From NCBI GenBank assembly GCA_951406725.2, contig OX597827.1, forward strand, positions 74,896,001 through 74,960,000: 64,000 nucleotides of DNA, in the 5' to 3' direction. Position numbers and translations under genes: made by a program. Positions within the stretch are counted from its first letter, which is position 1. Each line of letters starts with the position of its first letter. The stretch is from Octopus vulgaris (lineage: Eukaryota). Of this stretch, positions 1 through 14,369 are shown one piece after another. The notes under the pieces are model-generated. The model did not search any database, had not been told where the DNA came from, and worked only from the letters and a program-made list of their open reading frames with translations.

Positions 1-277
1 CTGCCTGCCGAGCGCGACACCTTTACCGTTTACAGTTCCAATCCTGTTAGCGCAGTTGTGGTTATTATTTAATTATGACATCACTCATTTAGAGGTACCA
101 TTTGTAAGATTGTGCAATCACCAGTATTTTTATTGTGACACCATCACTAGGTGAGTTGCTAGTCAAGGCTCTGATAGTCCACATCTACCTTATGTACAGT
201 TTTTAGTGTCATTCTCGTTCATTCCAATGTTTTATATTTTTATATTTGACATTTTCACTCCTGGGAATTTTTGTTAA

Positions 278-495
278 GGCAGCTAGCTGGTAGAGTCGTT
301 AGCACGTTGGACGAAATGCTTAATAGTATTTCACCCATCGTTACATTCTGAGTTCAAATTCCGTCGAGATCGACTTTGCCTTTCCTCCTTTCGGGGTCGA
401 TAAATTAAGAACCAGCGGAACACTGGGGTCGATGTATTTGACTAGTCCCCTCCCCCAAAACTTCAGGCCTTGTGCCTTTACTAGAAAAGATTATT
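278..495 (+). mobile_element. tRNA-derived SINE (octopus-type); paralog at ~50333-50550, inverted relatives at ~44660-45105 and ~63190-63640
   Basis: A-box-like AGCTGGTAGAGTCG, B box GAGTTCAAATTCC, simple-repeat tail; dispersed copies on both strands. Confidence 0.7.
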
Positions 496-1435
496 GTTGT
501 TGTTGTTGTTGTTATCTCAACTGAATCACAAGTGTCGAATCGTCGGCGACTAAACCAGCAACTCCACAGAACCTGCTCTGTGGAGAGTGTATTTTTCTTT
601 CTATTTGCTAACCCTTCAGGATGAAATACAAGGCCTGTTGAAGAGTAGATGAACTCAGGGTAGTCAGCTGTCACCTACACAGCAACTTTTCATTAGTTGT
701 GCATCCGATTAGATCATTCCCGCTCAGAAATAATAAACCAGATATAACAATAATAGAAAAGGAAAGGCGAAGTTGCTTACTAATTGATCCATCGTGTCCG
801 TTCGATTCCAGGATTGTTAAGAAAGAAGAAAAACATTTTAAAATCCAATCCTTTAAAATTTGAAATTGCAAGAATTTGGAGCATGAAATATGTAAAAGTT
901 GTGCCTGCAATAATTGGTGCATTAGGATCTGGGAGTAAGGATATAGATGAATGGTTGGAAGAGATTGGAATAGAATGTCCTGAAGAGCTTCCACAGAGAG
1001 TTTGCCTCTTAGGGACAGGAAAGATTATCAGAAGGGTTTTCAGCACTTGAAAGATTAACGAAAGCTTGAGGATATATAAAGTTACTGGTTGTAACCCATT
1101 ACCCACATAAATTCTAGCAAGAATAAGAACGAACCTGAGTCAAATAATATCTTTTATTGTTAAAGAAACAACAAAAGAGTCGATTTCGCAAGGACAAATT
1201 AGAAAGCGAAACAAAAAAATATACTTCAAAAGAAAATCCTAAAGAGAGTAGGTTGACAGGGTAATTTTCAGTCAAATGAGGAAAAGAATTACACTAGGCC
1301 AATCACAGAAGGCCAGATAAATTCTGGCAGGTGAAGTCCTAACATAAAATTCGTCCATAAGTGATTTGAACTAAATATATTCACTTTGAAATTACTTCAT
1401 AATTCCAATGGTATAATCAGTTGTTTCATACTCAC

Positions 1436-1567
1436 ATTCTTGACAGCTTTTACCCCGATATCCAGCAACACATCCATGAGCACAATGACCATAAACTGGG
1501 TTGCAAGTGTCGTTAATACAATGACAGTTGTGATGACATTCATCTCCATATGTGCCTTTAGGGCATA
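1436..1567 (-). CDS. Exon A1 of multi-EGF gene; CPKGTYGDECHHNCHCINDTCNPVYGHCAHGCVAGYRGKSCQE
   Basis: 132 bp; polyT-cag acceptor, gtgagt donor; phase 1-1; within ORF 1392..1592. Confidence 0.9.
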
Positions 1568-2352
1568 CTGAAAAAAACCCCAGAAGAAACACGTTTTAAC
1601 TTACGAATTTATTGTTGCCTTTTAAATATCAGTAACATAATATTACTGGCATCATAGTCGACACCAACTGAAGACAGAAACATATTCTTTTGCAAATTTC
1701 ACAGAGTTTTCCTGAAGCTTCCAGATGGTTTGTTTCGTTCACAAGTCTTGAATCAAACCAGGACTTTCACAGAAGATATTTGCCAAACTTTCTTTGCATC
1801 AAAACCGAACCTTAAACAGGCTAAACTAGCTTCTTAATAAATTAACCAACCCAAAACTAAAAATGTATAAGACAGACGACTATTTCAAGCAATTAGTTAG
1901 ATGTCTTCAGGCACACAATCTTCTGCCATCTCCCTCCTTAGTACACACTGTGCGACTCTTGCGTACTTTGTTATCTTCCCTGTTAGCACACATTCTTCGC
2001 CCATGTTAGTATACTATGTAGTCAACGTTGACAATACATGTTATTACTTCCCTTGTCATCACAAGTTGCCGTTCCCTCTGATGTACCCCTAGCTGTACCC
2101 CTTGTTAGTATACTTTGTTATGTTGTTAGCTTAGGCTGTTGTTTCTCTAGTTTGTATATCTTGTTGTCTCCCTTGTTTTTATATTTTGCTGAAAAAGCAA
2201 GTACATTGTTAGTACACTGTTCCATGTCACACACAGTACTGTCACCCTTGTTGGTAATCTTTGCTATATCTTGTATTAGCATCTCAGAATACATAACTAA
2301 AAAGAGCAACAATTGCAATACACAATGACAACAGAAAGCAAACGTTATTAAC

Positions 2353-2487
2353 CTTCTTTACAAGTGCCTGACGTGAAACCAGGTGGACATCCATGTGGGC
2401 ATATTCCAGTGAATCTGTCGCACACGTCCTTATCTCGACAGTTGCATTCCTCATTACAGCCAGAACCATACTTTCCAGGAGAACACT
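2353..2487 (-). CDS. Exon B1 of multi-EGF gene; CSPGKYGSGCNEECNCRDKDVCDRFTGICPHGCPPGFTSGTCKE
   Basis: 135 bp; ttttcag acceptor, gttaat donor; phase 1-1; 8 Cys. Confidence 0.88.
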
Positions 2488-5400
2488 CTGAAAAGAACAA
2501 TTTCTGTTAATATCCACCAGATTTGATGTTAAACAGACTCTGTTAAAGTTTAAAATATCAGATACACTTTACTGACTACATGAATTAAAAATTAGAAGAG
2601 ACAAGTTAAAAGCTACCGAAAGAATTATGTGAAGGATTTCCTTACGATGCCATTTATCAAATGCTGTTTCTGTTATTGCGGAGTTCAGTTTAAAATTAGA
2701 TACGATGAGCATATCTATAATAGTTGATCGAAAGAGTAAGTGCAAGTCACAGATCTATTACACTTGATATACGAAGCCTTCACCACTTGGTGGGCCTTCG
2801 CACTAATACATCCTGAATATGAATTATTGTCAGTTGGGACATGTGTTTCTTTTTTTGCCCAGTCTATTTTTGTATGCTTGTCGGTTCAAGTGATGAACTC
2901 CTCGAGGACAAATGTGAAATCCAGAGAGCGTTTAAGGTGGTTCTTGGAGTTGTTTGGCCCCAAAACAATGACCACCCAGCTTATTTTCAGAGAGTGTGTA
3001 CAGTATCTGAATAGCTAAATTATCTTATGTATTCTTTCTTTGTATACGAGGGTAGTGTGTGATTTGAGGAAGATTTGGCTACTATTTCTTGCAGGTCAGG
3101 ATTGTGTGTGTGTGTGTGTTTCACCTGGACGGATATTCTCGTCAGAATAGTGTTGAAATGGTTGTTGCATCTAGCACTGTTAGCCTTGAACAGACATCTA
3201 AGGTATTCCGTCATTCGCTGTTGGTTTTAAGTGTAAAATATGTTTTTAAGATGGAGAATGCAATTTGAATGGCATTTGGCTGCTATTTTTAACAAATCAA
3301 TCAATCCTACAAAATTTCTTTTGTGGTCCTTTGGTGTTGTAGCAGTGTTGGGCTGTGTAACAGATATGTTTGAAGGAGTATGAGAGATTGATATTGCAGT
3401 ATTTGTGAAGGCGTTGTATATGCAAATGTTTGCTAATGGAGTTATAGAGATTGTAAGGGTTAGATTTTGCTGTACCAACACAATTTGTTCTTCGCTAGCT
3501 TTGGAGTGATTTAATTTTTAGGGCTAACTTAGAATGAGGAATGAAAGTAATGTATGATAGTGATGCATATCTGTTATTGGAAGTTATGTGCAGTTTAAGA
3601 TTAAAAGGAATGGGTAGAGTTTGGGTCTTTGTGGTAACTATACGGAATTTCTCTTGTATTTCATGGCTTAAATATTTTTAAAATCTTTACTCTTATCTAA
3701 ACATATATTTTGAGTAATTACTATACCAATAGATGCCCCTGTTAAGTACTACTCAACAAAATCGCATATGTCTGCTTATAAACTGTCTGCTCTACAAGTC
3801 AGACACTCAGACTTCAGAAATCCGATCCTTTTCTTCCAAAGACTTGGCGGATTAAACTATCTTCTAATCTCTGTCATTAACTCTTTGTTGATTAATCCAT
3901 TATCTCCAATTTGACAGCGAAATTAGGAGAGGTGTTTTATTTCTTCAGAAACTGACCTTCTCTGATGTCCAAATTTACTTTTCTTTACTATATATGAACT
4001 TCTCTAGTTTACGAATTTTAATAATCTTGTAATAATACCCAAACTGGGCGTTGCCATACCATGATGTACCTCAAGGTGTAATTAGATGTGCCACGATAAT
4101 AATACAATATTTTAAAGCAGAAAAGACAAATTAATGTACTTAATATAAAGTACTTCCTTTATTTACTAGCATTACATGTAAAAAAAAAATAGATTGAAGA
4201 AGAAATAAGGTATGTTTATCTTTAATAAATTCAAACATTGAAATATATTGATAAAAATATCAATATTGCGTTTCTCATTCATAACTAAATCCATTTACTT
4301 AATAAGGAAGTCAGTACCAAATAGATCCCTCTGGTTTAATTTGTTTATATTTCCTAGTTGTACAAGAAAGTAACTTGAATCAACTACATCGTGGAACAGC
4401 CATTTAATCAATAGCACACAAAACCGTTAAATCTTATAAAATTTGACATGATTTTAAACGTATTGACGCACAACTGCGAATTGGTCACTAACTCAGCGTT
4501 GTAGTGGATCTATGTCAAGAACCATTTTACAGCTGCGTGACGAAAATTTTGATACCTCATGAAATAAATTTAGATTTATAATGAATTTAACAGTGTGTTA
4601 TTAAATGGCTTCACAATATAGTTGATTATCTAATCATTTACATTTACATGCTAAAATATATTAATAGATTGTTGTTAAATAAATACATTATTTTACTTTA
4701 TTTACTTTGAAGTGTACAGCAGATGAAAAGACATAAACTCTACTGATCGGATTCTTAGGACGTTAACTGTCAAACAATTTACCAATCAACAAAGAATAAG
4801 TTACATAGATTAGAATCTGGACAACCGGACCACACTGTGTTTCCTTTAATGTGTTTTGGTCATGTCAGTAGCATTTCTACCGACTGAGTCCACCAAGATG
4901 GATTTGAGTACACTGAACTAGGCAAGAATTTTGTAAACTGAATATGGTGTACACAGCCACTACCATAACTTAGAGAAATACAGTTTCGAAGTTAAGAATA
5001 CAGATTACTCGTTGATGTATACATCACATAAAGATGTGTTAAGTAGCTATTTTTGTTTCAATTCTGTTTGAAAATTTAATTAAATATAACTAGATTTAAT
5101 ACATGCACATCTTCATCATTTTAAACTTTGTGGATCCTATCTCCCACTAAGAGCCGATTTTTTCAAGAAGGAAAAAAAATATTGGATTAGTTCTATATTC
5201 TTGACGCCAAAAGGATGAAAGGAAAAATTGACATCAGTGGTATTTGAAATCACTGTACAAATATTCTTAAGAAATACTGCAAGGTACTCTATTCGATGTT
5301 TTAACACCTCTGCCTATTCTGCGTCTATTGGCATTCAGTATATTGGGAAAGAAATTTTTTATGTCAGGAATGTAATGCAATGAAATTACCTGTAAAGTAT

Positions 5401-6839
5401 ATTACTGACACTAAATTTATCTTGTGGATTTCAACTCAAAGCCTGCAAACAAAAGTGAACTCAGTAATTTTTTTATCTGGTTGTTCTACTTTATCAACCA
5501 TCGATTTTTGCTTGAAATATATGAATATGTTGATTTCTTTTTGTTTCCTTTTGATGAGACATAGAAAAAAGATACTAAATTGAAAGAATTGTTGCAGTGT
5601 ATTGCAAAATCCTTGCAGTATTTAGCTTTGGCCATTTACGTCTGAAGTTCAAATTCTATTGACATTAACTCCACTTTCCATCCTTTGAGAATTAATAATA
5701 TTAAAAAAAATTTACCAATACCGGAATTGGTTTAATCGACTGATACTGATATCTCCCAAATTTTTCGAAGTATGAAACCTACGGCTGAAAATGAATCTTT
5801 AATGTCTTCATAGTCGTGTTTGCACTTTAACATTGCGTGAGAATATAAATTCCAACAGCTATAGTATTCTTATATGAAAAAACCCAGGTAGTATTAACTT
5901 TGAAACATATTCTACAAAATGTTAACGTAATAGTAGTAGTAGTAGTAGTAGTAGCAGTAGCAGCAGCAGCAGCAGGAGGAATTCAAAAACTGGTGGAAGA
6001 TACGGGGTAATTTATCCTCAGAGCAGAGACGATCCGGAATGCGACAGAGTGGTTTCTTCTAAAGGCAGCCAAGGGGTAGGTCATGATGTTAAAATGTTAA
6101 TGTAGTAGTAGTAGTAGTAAGTATAATTTTTATGGCCGCCCTACTAGGGAGATGCGGTAACTCGAAGCTCAGTAAGTTGTAGTAGTGTTCATAATTTTTT
6201 CAGAATTCTAAGGCACCGTTCTTTCGTTTTTTTTATCACCACCTTGTTTGTGACATTGCTTGGACTGCGCTAATAGTATTTTTGCTTAGAAATGCATTCT
6301 GTTTTGCAGGGGATGCGCATTAATTTTTTTGGGGGGGGGGGCCAACTAATGGAGAAGACAAATATTTTCTTATTTTCCATATATATTGAAACATGGCTGA
6401 TAAAGAAGTCATTATAATGTTCGACAACGGGATGCGTTCCTTGTCAGAGAAAAAAGTGAATACTGGCATACCATTGACTACAGTATGTGACCACCGTGCC
6501 AGCGAAAAAGAAAACCGAGTTGAATACATCTTCGTCTCTAAACAATGCTGAAACAGTGAAGTAGCAATTAAAGAAAACATACGAAGTCGACGGCGACGAT
6601 GACGACAACAACAACGTCAACAGCAATACCGATAATAACGAAGTGAAAGTTAAAGAAGGAAAGATAAACAAAGAAAATTTTAAAGGAAACGTGAACATCA
6701 CTACCGCCATAGATGCCACAACAGTCGCCGCTGCAGCCGCTAAAGCAGCAAGGGATCCTGGAATTAGGATTTTTTTAATTTTATTTCTTCATCGAAGAAG
6801 AATTGAAATTGGCCCAAAAAAATCGTTCAAAGAAATGGA

Positions 6840-8580
6840 AGAAAAGTTGCCCAAAACTCTCCACTCGACGTGATCGGAAACATCTTAAGATACTTGGTTA
6901 CATACTGCTGCATTGGAGTAAAATCGCTCCGAATGAAAAATGTTTCTGAAAGCCAAATCCAGAAATGCTTTGAATGTGCATGACAACAGAAGACCCACAT
7001 CATCCGAGGAAAGAAATTTGGGACGATTGAAGCTATTGCAGCTAACACCTTGCTAAAGCTGTGGTGATGAACGTGAAATATCACCAGAAATATCCATCGC
7101 CAGATGGTTAGTGGCCGCCGTCTTGGCAAGTATAGAGGAAGACAACGTGACTATCTTGGAGGTAAAGAAAATACCTCAACAAAACTGGTCATGTATAGGT
7201 ATGAAACTAACATTACAATGTATGCAAACCTATATCGACGAGCTACCTAACCTAATAGGCCTGCCGGATGGTACTCACCTGTCAACCAAGATGCCATATA
7301 TGTGAACCATTTAAAGGCTTTCTGCACTCAAGCAAGGAAAACAAAACTCCCACTGCTACCAACACCACAACCACCACAAAAACACAAAATCATGAAGACG
7401 TGCTCAAGATTCCTTCGCCCACACCAATACAAAGAAATCTACTCCCGGCTACCACGGAAATCAAGCTTCACCTGGACGTCCTGCCTCCCAAACCAACATC
7501 AACAGCAATGATATGGAGAGAGAAGAGCAGACCGAATAATGTATCACTGTGACAAACAGGAAGAGACGAAAGGGGAGGAAAGTACATACACCTGCTCAAG
7601 AACACAGCAAGACGAAAGTCAAACACCACTACTGCAACCCAATTCGCAACCACTCCAACAAAAATAACAACGACAACTTTTACAAAAACAGGAGCATCTT
7701 CAACAATAACTTGAAAACATAGAAACAGCCAATAATGACACTGCAAAAACAAGAAAATACTTTCAATTTTAGCCGAAATGTATCCATCAATTTCACTTTG
7801 TGAACAAATGCAACAGTGAATTGATGGATTTTGTAAAGGAAAATAAAATCAAAATTACAACACAGGGAAAGGAATTTAAGGATTTCATCTTCAAACTCCG
7901 AAGGACAGATTATTAGTTAAAATGTCCTCAGACTTTTAAAAACACTCAGCGAAAAATTCCTAATTAGTGTGGGATTTTTAAAAATCAATTGACAAAAGGC
8001 TTTTGGGAGGGCCTTTTAAAAAACATTTGCCAATAGAGAGGCCCAAAACTTCCGGGATTCTCGAAAATCAAGGAGAGCGACCTCTTTTTCTTTCTCCAAC
8101 TAGCACGACTATGATGAGAGTTGGGGCGTGAATGTACGTGGCTTGGGATCAGCTTGGAAGCAAGGACACTTACTCAACGATCTCAGGTTTCTTGATTTAG
8201 ATGTGGTTACCATTAGTGAAACAGTTGGGATGTACAGAGCGACTAATCTAAAAACACTACCTTCGCTATTGCTTACATCTAGGGCCATCAACTTACCATC
8301 CAGGCTCAGGAGGATCTGCCGTACCTCGAAATGCAGGCCTTTGCTAAACAGCACTGCCGCTCCTTTTCCCATTCCAAGCCAAAAGATTCGTAAATCTTAA
8401 AATTGTCGAAAATAGGTGTTAGATCGCTGTTTCAGAAGTCCTACTTTCGCTGACGGCCTACACATCCGTAGTTAGTAACCTGAGGTCGTTGAGCAGATAA
8501 CCTTGCTTCCAGGGCGACCACAATTCATGAACATTTGTACAACTCACTCTTAAGCCCACCATGATGATCGGAAAGAGCTT
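6840..8580. mobile_element. Tx1/L1-like LINE fragments: ORF1-like region plus two opposed APE-endonuclease N-terminal fragments
   Basis: NVRGLGSAWKQGHLLNDL..DVV.ISET on + (8111-8222); GKGAAVLF..DGKLMALDV..FRLVALY on - (8223-~8570); paralogs near 41640-43130 and 59040-60780. Confidence 0.6.
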
Positions 8581-8894
8581 GAAGAAAAACTTAGGCCTAC
8601 ATACTCACCAAGTACCACTGAAGGTCAGGTGGTTCAACCTCCATATCTTAGGGTTCCTTTGGGAATCCCGTTAAAGGCCTACTCATGGCTTTTACATTAG
8701 GAGTTGCCAATCCGTAGATTTTACATTAGGTGTTCCCTAATGCTTTTAAATGTTTCCACAGTCATACGCACTATCATTAATGTTTCTGTCACTAGAACGG
8801 TGGTGGCGCTGACAATCTTACCCTCTCACCCTCTCTCTCTCTCCCTCTCTCGCTATATACTTATATATATATATACATACATACATACATATAG

Positions 8895-8946
<52 letters not shown>

Positions 8947-9106
8947 AGAGTTTACGAAAAAAAACAAAAGACGAAGACAGGTGGTGTACAAAACAAACAG
9001 ATGTATTAGTATAACGCTCAGGAATAGAAAAAATCTTTTACGTTTCGAGCCTACGCTCTTCTTCAGAAAGGGACACAGAAAAAACAAGGAGAGAAAAAAA
9101 TGTATA

Positions 9107-9530
<424 letters not shown>

Positions 9531-9805
9531 TTTTATATATATATATATATATAAATGTATATATATATATATTTCTTTTCTTCGTGCTGTGAGAGCCCTC
9601 CTCACTAGCACTAAGTTTTGTGTTTGTGATTGGTTGTGTAAAGGGAACTGGTTGCTTCTTTACGCTTTTGGGGTGCAACACAATTTCCTTTCTTTTTGTT
9701 TCTAGAAACTACCAGTCAGGAACGAAACGCAAGTTTAAAAATAGATATAATTCTTTATTTTCTTGGTTCAACAATGAAACACGATGGTATGCTGGTATCC
9801 ACCTA

Positions 9806-11095
9806 CGAGGGGCGTTCAATAAGTAATGCCCCTGATCCACTTGAAGTTGTTCGATCCAGCTGAAATTTTGCATGTACAATTACTTATATCTCTATGGATT
9901 AAGTGGCAAATTACAGCTCTAAACTAATTGTGGTTTCTGATTTACAGGTGTTTGAACTGAGTCAAGTGTGAAATGGAGTCTGTTGAATGTCGAGCAGTGA
10001 TCCGGTTTTTGTATTTGAGAGGACGCACACCACGGGAGACTTTTGATGAAATGAAAGTAACTTATTGTGATAATGCCCCATCATATGACCTTGTAAAACG
10101 CTGACATCGTGAATTCAAACATGGTTGGAACTCTGTGGAAACAGCTCCCAGATCTGGTCGCCCCCTCTGCCATTGATGAGGCATCTGTCAGTCAAGTTGA
10201 GGCTGCCATTTTGGAAGATCGATGCATAACTATTCGCAAAATAGCCCATGAGGTCAAGATTAGTACCGGGTCTGTGGAAACTATCATTCATGACCATTTG
10301 CATATGCAAAAGGTGTCTGCCAGATGGATTCCCAGGTGGCTCACATCTTTCCAGAAGCAAGAACGCATCGATTGCTCGAGGATGAATTTGGAGATGTGCC
10401 AAGAAGATGAGTCAAAATTTTTCAAAAGACTGATTACACAGGATGAAACCTGGGCCCATCACTATGATCCAGAGACCAAAGCCCAGTCAATGCAGTGGAA
10501 GCACCGTGACTCCCCTCCTCCAAAGAATACAAGGGTGCAGCCCTCCGCTGGCAAGGTCATGCTCACAGTCTTCTGGGACGAGGACGGAGTAGTGATGACA
10601 GATTTCCTGGGAAATGGTGCCACAATTACAGGAGCCTATTATGCTTCCCTTTTGAAGAAATTAAGAGAAGCTATCAAAATCAAGAGGCGGGGCAAGATCA
10701 GCGAAGGCATCCTCCTCCTGCAGGACAATGCTCTGGTCCACAACTCACGTGTCACCAGATCAGAAGCACAGGCGTGCGGCTATGAACTCCTCCCCCATCC
10801 CCCTACTCTTCTGACCTTGCACCTTCTGATTTTCACCTCTTCCCAGCCATGAAGTTGTTTTTGAAAGGAAAGCGTTTCCCAGATGATGCAGCCTTGATTT
10901 CTGAAGTCACATTGTGGCTTGAGGACCAAACTGGTGTCTTCTACAGAAATGGTCTTCAGAGCTGCATCAAACGATGGGAGAAATGCGTAACTCTGGGTGG
11001 TTCCTATGTAGAAAAAGACTAATAACTATGCCAAGTTTCGTTGCTCTACTGCTATGGGAAGTGGGTCAGGGGCATTACTTATTGAACGCCCCTCG
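9806..11095 (+). mobile_element. Full-length mariner (DD34D) transposon inserted in the Gypsy 3' LTR; transposase 9973-11022 inactivated
   Basis: 30-bp perfect TIR CGAGGGGCGTTCAATAAGTAATGCCCCTGA; TA TSD; WIPR, QDETW, LQDNA and YSSDLAPSDF motifs; premature stop and frameshifts; empty site CACCTAGTT in the sister LTR (~14837). Confidence 0.96.
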
Positions 11096-11752
11096 TAGTT
11101 CAACACAGCAAGGCTGAATTCAAACGTTTGTAAGCTTTACAACAATTCAGCAGCAATAGAACAGGTTAAATCCTAAGCGTCTGGGACAGGAGAATAGGCT
11201 AATCACAGGTTTCAAAATATACGTCCTTTCTCTTCTATCGCCGTGTCTCAAGTCCCCGGCGCTATTAAGGAACGCTATAGAATTTATTCTTCAGTCTCTA
11301 GCGCATGTGAATGAGGGAACTTCCTTATGCCTTTCCAGAAGGTTCCAGAAAGCTCCAACCCCGTACACGCACACTGAAGAAGGACATTCCGCACACGCAC
11401 ACTGAAGAATGACGTTGCGTGTGCGCACACTGGCACATGACATCACTACAAAGGTGACGTTCCGCACACGCACACTGAAGAATGACACACTGCGTGTGCG
11501 CACACTGGAATATGACGTCACTACAAATTTTCCCCCTCGAGTGCGGAAGCACGAAACAAAATTCCTTGTAGTGGTTTCAGAATATAAGGTGGATACCAAA
11601 TCACCAAAATAGCTCATAATATGACAAATTAAAACAACAACAAAAATCCATAATATAAACAAGCATGCAGCAAAGGAAAAGAAAAAAATAATACTCAAAT
11701 GAACAAAGTTCAATTAGTATCATAACTGTCACTGGGAAGTCAATTGAGAATG

Positions 11753-14369
11753 TTAAATATAAATCGTCTTTGAAAGTTTCTTCGGCCAGTGAACAGTTGT
11801 GCCTGACCTCGTAACATAAGGTTTGTTCGAGGCAGGCTGCGACGACGAAGGTGGTGTTGCCGATGTTGGTGTTGATAAAGGTGCATGTGTAAATGGTGGT
11901 GTTTTCAAAGGTGCATGTGTGAATGGTGGTGTTGTCAAAGGCGCATGTGAAGGTTCAACGATGGTTGTGGCAGTGGGGTCATCAAAAGATATGGACACCT
12001 CAAAATATGCCCTTTTAAGACGATCTACGGAGACGGTCTCCGAACGACCGTTAATTTCAAGTTTGAATACCTTCGACGTGCGAGACATCACACGAAAAGG
12101 TCCTTTATAAGGAGAAACAAGAGGTCCTTTGACAGAATCATCACGAACAAAAACATGCGTCCAAGAATCAAGATTTGATGGCACATTAGAAGGATTTTGG
12201 TGTCGAGGGCCCATAGGAGGAAGGGCAGAAAAATATCTGCGTAGACGAGCAACATAAGACTCTAAATTAAGAGACTGTGACTTGTCTGGCACCAACATCA
12301 TACCAGGCAATGCCAGTGTGGTACCATACAAGAGCTTGGCAGAAGAAAAAACCAAAGTCTGCTTTAATCGCAGTCCGACATCCAAGCAGGACGATAGGAA
12401 GAAATTCAGTCCACGACTGTGGATTCGGCGAGGCACGCAACGTGGCCTTAAGTTGCCTGTGGAAACGCTCCCCCATCCCATTACAAGCGGAATGGTAACT
12501 AGTGGTGTGTATATGATGCATTCCCAGGATTCGTGATAACTCACGAAATAAAAACGCTTCGAATTGTTGACCACGATCTGTGGTTAAACTGGACGGTACA
12601 CCATACCTAGAAATCCAATTAGACATGAAAGCTTTCGCAACAGTTTCAGCAGAAATGTCTGCTATAGGAATAGCTTCCGGCCAACGTGAGAAACGATCAA
12701 TACAGGTTTAAATATATGAGAACCCGCGACTCACAGGCCATGGTCCAACCAAATCAAGGTGGACATAGCGAAAACGGGCCTCAGGAGAAGAAAACTGTCC
12801 AAGTGGAGCACGAACGTGTCTATGGACTTTAGCACTCTGGCACCTCAAACAAGAGCGTGCCCAAGAGGTAATCGATCGTCGCATATTGGGCCAGAAGAAC
12901 CGAGCAGTAACAAGCTTTACTGTGGCAGAGATACCCGGATGTGACAATGAATGAAGAGCTTCAAAAACAGAACGTTGATGTTTCTCAGGTACTAACGGTC
13001 TAGGAGAACCGGTGGATACGTCACAAAGAATAGAGCCTTCTGCTGAAGGGAGCGGTTGGTAGGCAAACTTACAATTGATAAACTTGGGCGAAGTTAAATC
13101 CGACTCCGCTAAAGGTGGTTGATCCTGCGAAATAGCAGTTAAGTCAATTTCTGCCGGAGAGGAAATGGAATTGACAGGGTGTCTAGAAAGAGCATCAGCT
13201 GGGACGTTCTCCTTCCCTGGCACATGTCGAATGTCTCTTGTAAACTGAGAAATATAGTCCAGGTGACGGAAAGCACGAGGAGAGAGTTTATCCGTTTTAG
13301 AAGATAGTGCAAAAGTAAGGGGCTTGTGATCAGTATAAATCACAAACTCTCGTCCCTCGAGCTGGTGCTGAAAATGCCGAACTGACAGATAGATCGCTAG
13401 TAACTCTCGATCAAAAGTACTATATCTGCGTTCAGCAGGCTTTAGCTGGCAAGTAAAGAAAGCCAAAGGTTTAGTTTCACCATCTACGGTGTGCTGCAAG
13501 ACAGCGCCAACTGCAGAATCTGATGCGTCCACAGATAAAGTAAGTGAAGCATCAGGAGCTGGATGTGCTAAAACAGGAACTGAAGCTAGTTCCTTTTTAA
13601 CTAACTCAAAGGCAGACAGTGCTTCAGCTGAAAGAGTAAGACGGGCGTCCTTTTTAGAATTGCCCTTTAGCAACTGCGTTAAAGGAAACAACTTATCCGC
13701 ACACCGATTTATGAAGCGTCGATAGAAATTAACTATACCCAAAAAATGGCGAAGTTGACGCAAAGAAGAAGGTGGTGCGATGCGCTGAATTGCATCGACT
13801 TTAGACGAGAGTGGTTTGATTCCACTCGAATCAATATAATGACCGAGAAAATCAAGAGATGGTTGCCCAAAAACACACTTGTCTGGATTAATGCGAACAC
13901 CATAGTCGCGAAGACGCTGAAAAAGCTGAGACAAGTGCTGGAGATGATTTTCATGCGTATCACTTGTGATGAGAATATCATCGACATACGCGAAAACAAA
14001 ATCAAGTCCACGAACAACTTCATCTATAAAACGTTGGAACGTACTAGTGGCGTTCCGCAAACCAAAACTCATATATAAAAATTCAAAACAACCAAAAGGA
14101 GTGGTAATAGCCGTTTTAGGAACATCGTCTGGGTTGACCGGTATTTGATGATAAGCACATATGAGGTCAACCTTAGAAAAAATGGTACAGCCATGGAGAT
14201 TCGCTGAAAAGTCATTGAGATTCCTAATTGGATATCTGTCCGGAATCGTCACAGAATTTAGACGCTGATAATCTCCCACCGGGCGAAAATCTGTATCCCC
14301 TTTTCGAACTAAATGAAGGGGTGATGCCCATGGACTGGTGGCTAGGCGTATCAGACCAAGCTGGAGCAT
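11753..14369 (-). pseudogene. Gypsy pol: RT (YVDD), RNase H, integrase; disrupted in the integrase region
   Basis: ORFs 12708..14369, 12267..12626 and 11753..12574 carry PFGL, YVDD, DAS, TDHKPL, HPG..CxxC, TTDRGQQF and SPYKGPF motifs. Confidence 0.92.

Noticed and set aside
2740-3481. ORFs conserved across copies (e.g. MQVTDLLH.., MLVQQNL..)
   Set aside because: Conservation only reflects the recent duplication; no recognisable domain or splice signals, and they are disrupted in some copies
11375-11525. Short repeats CGCACACGCACACTGAAGAA resembling a CRISPR-like array
   Set aside because: They are internal LTR repeats, also present in the sister LTR (~15100-15258), with no unique spacers or cas genes
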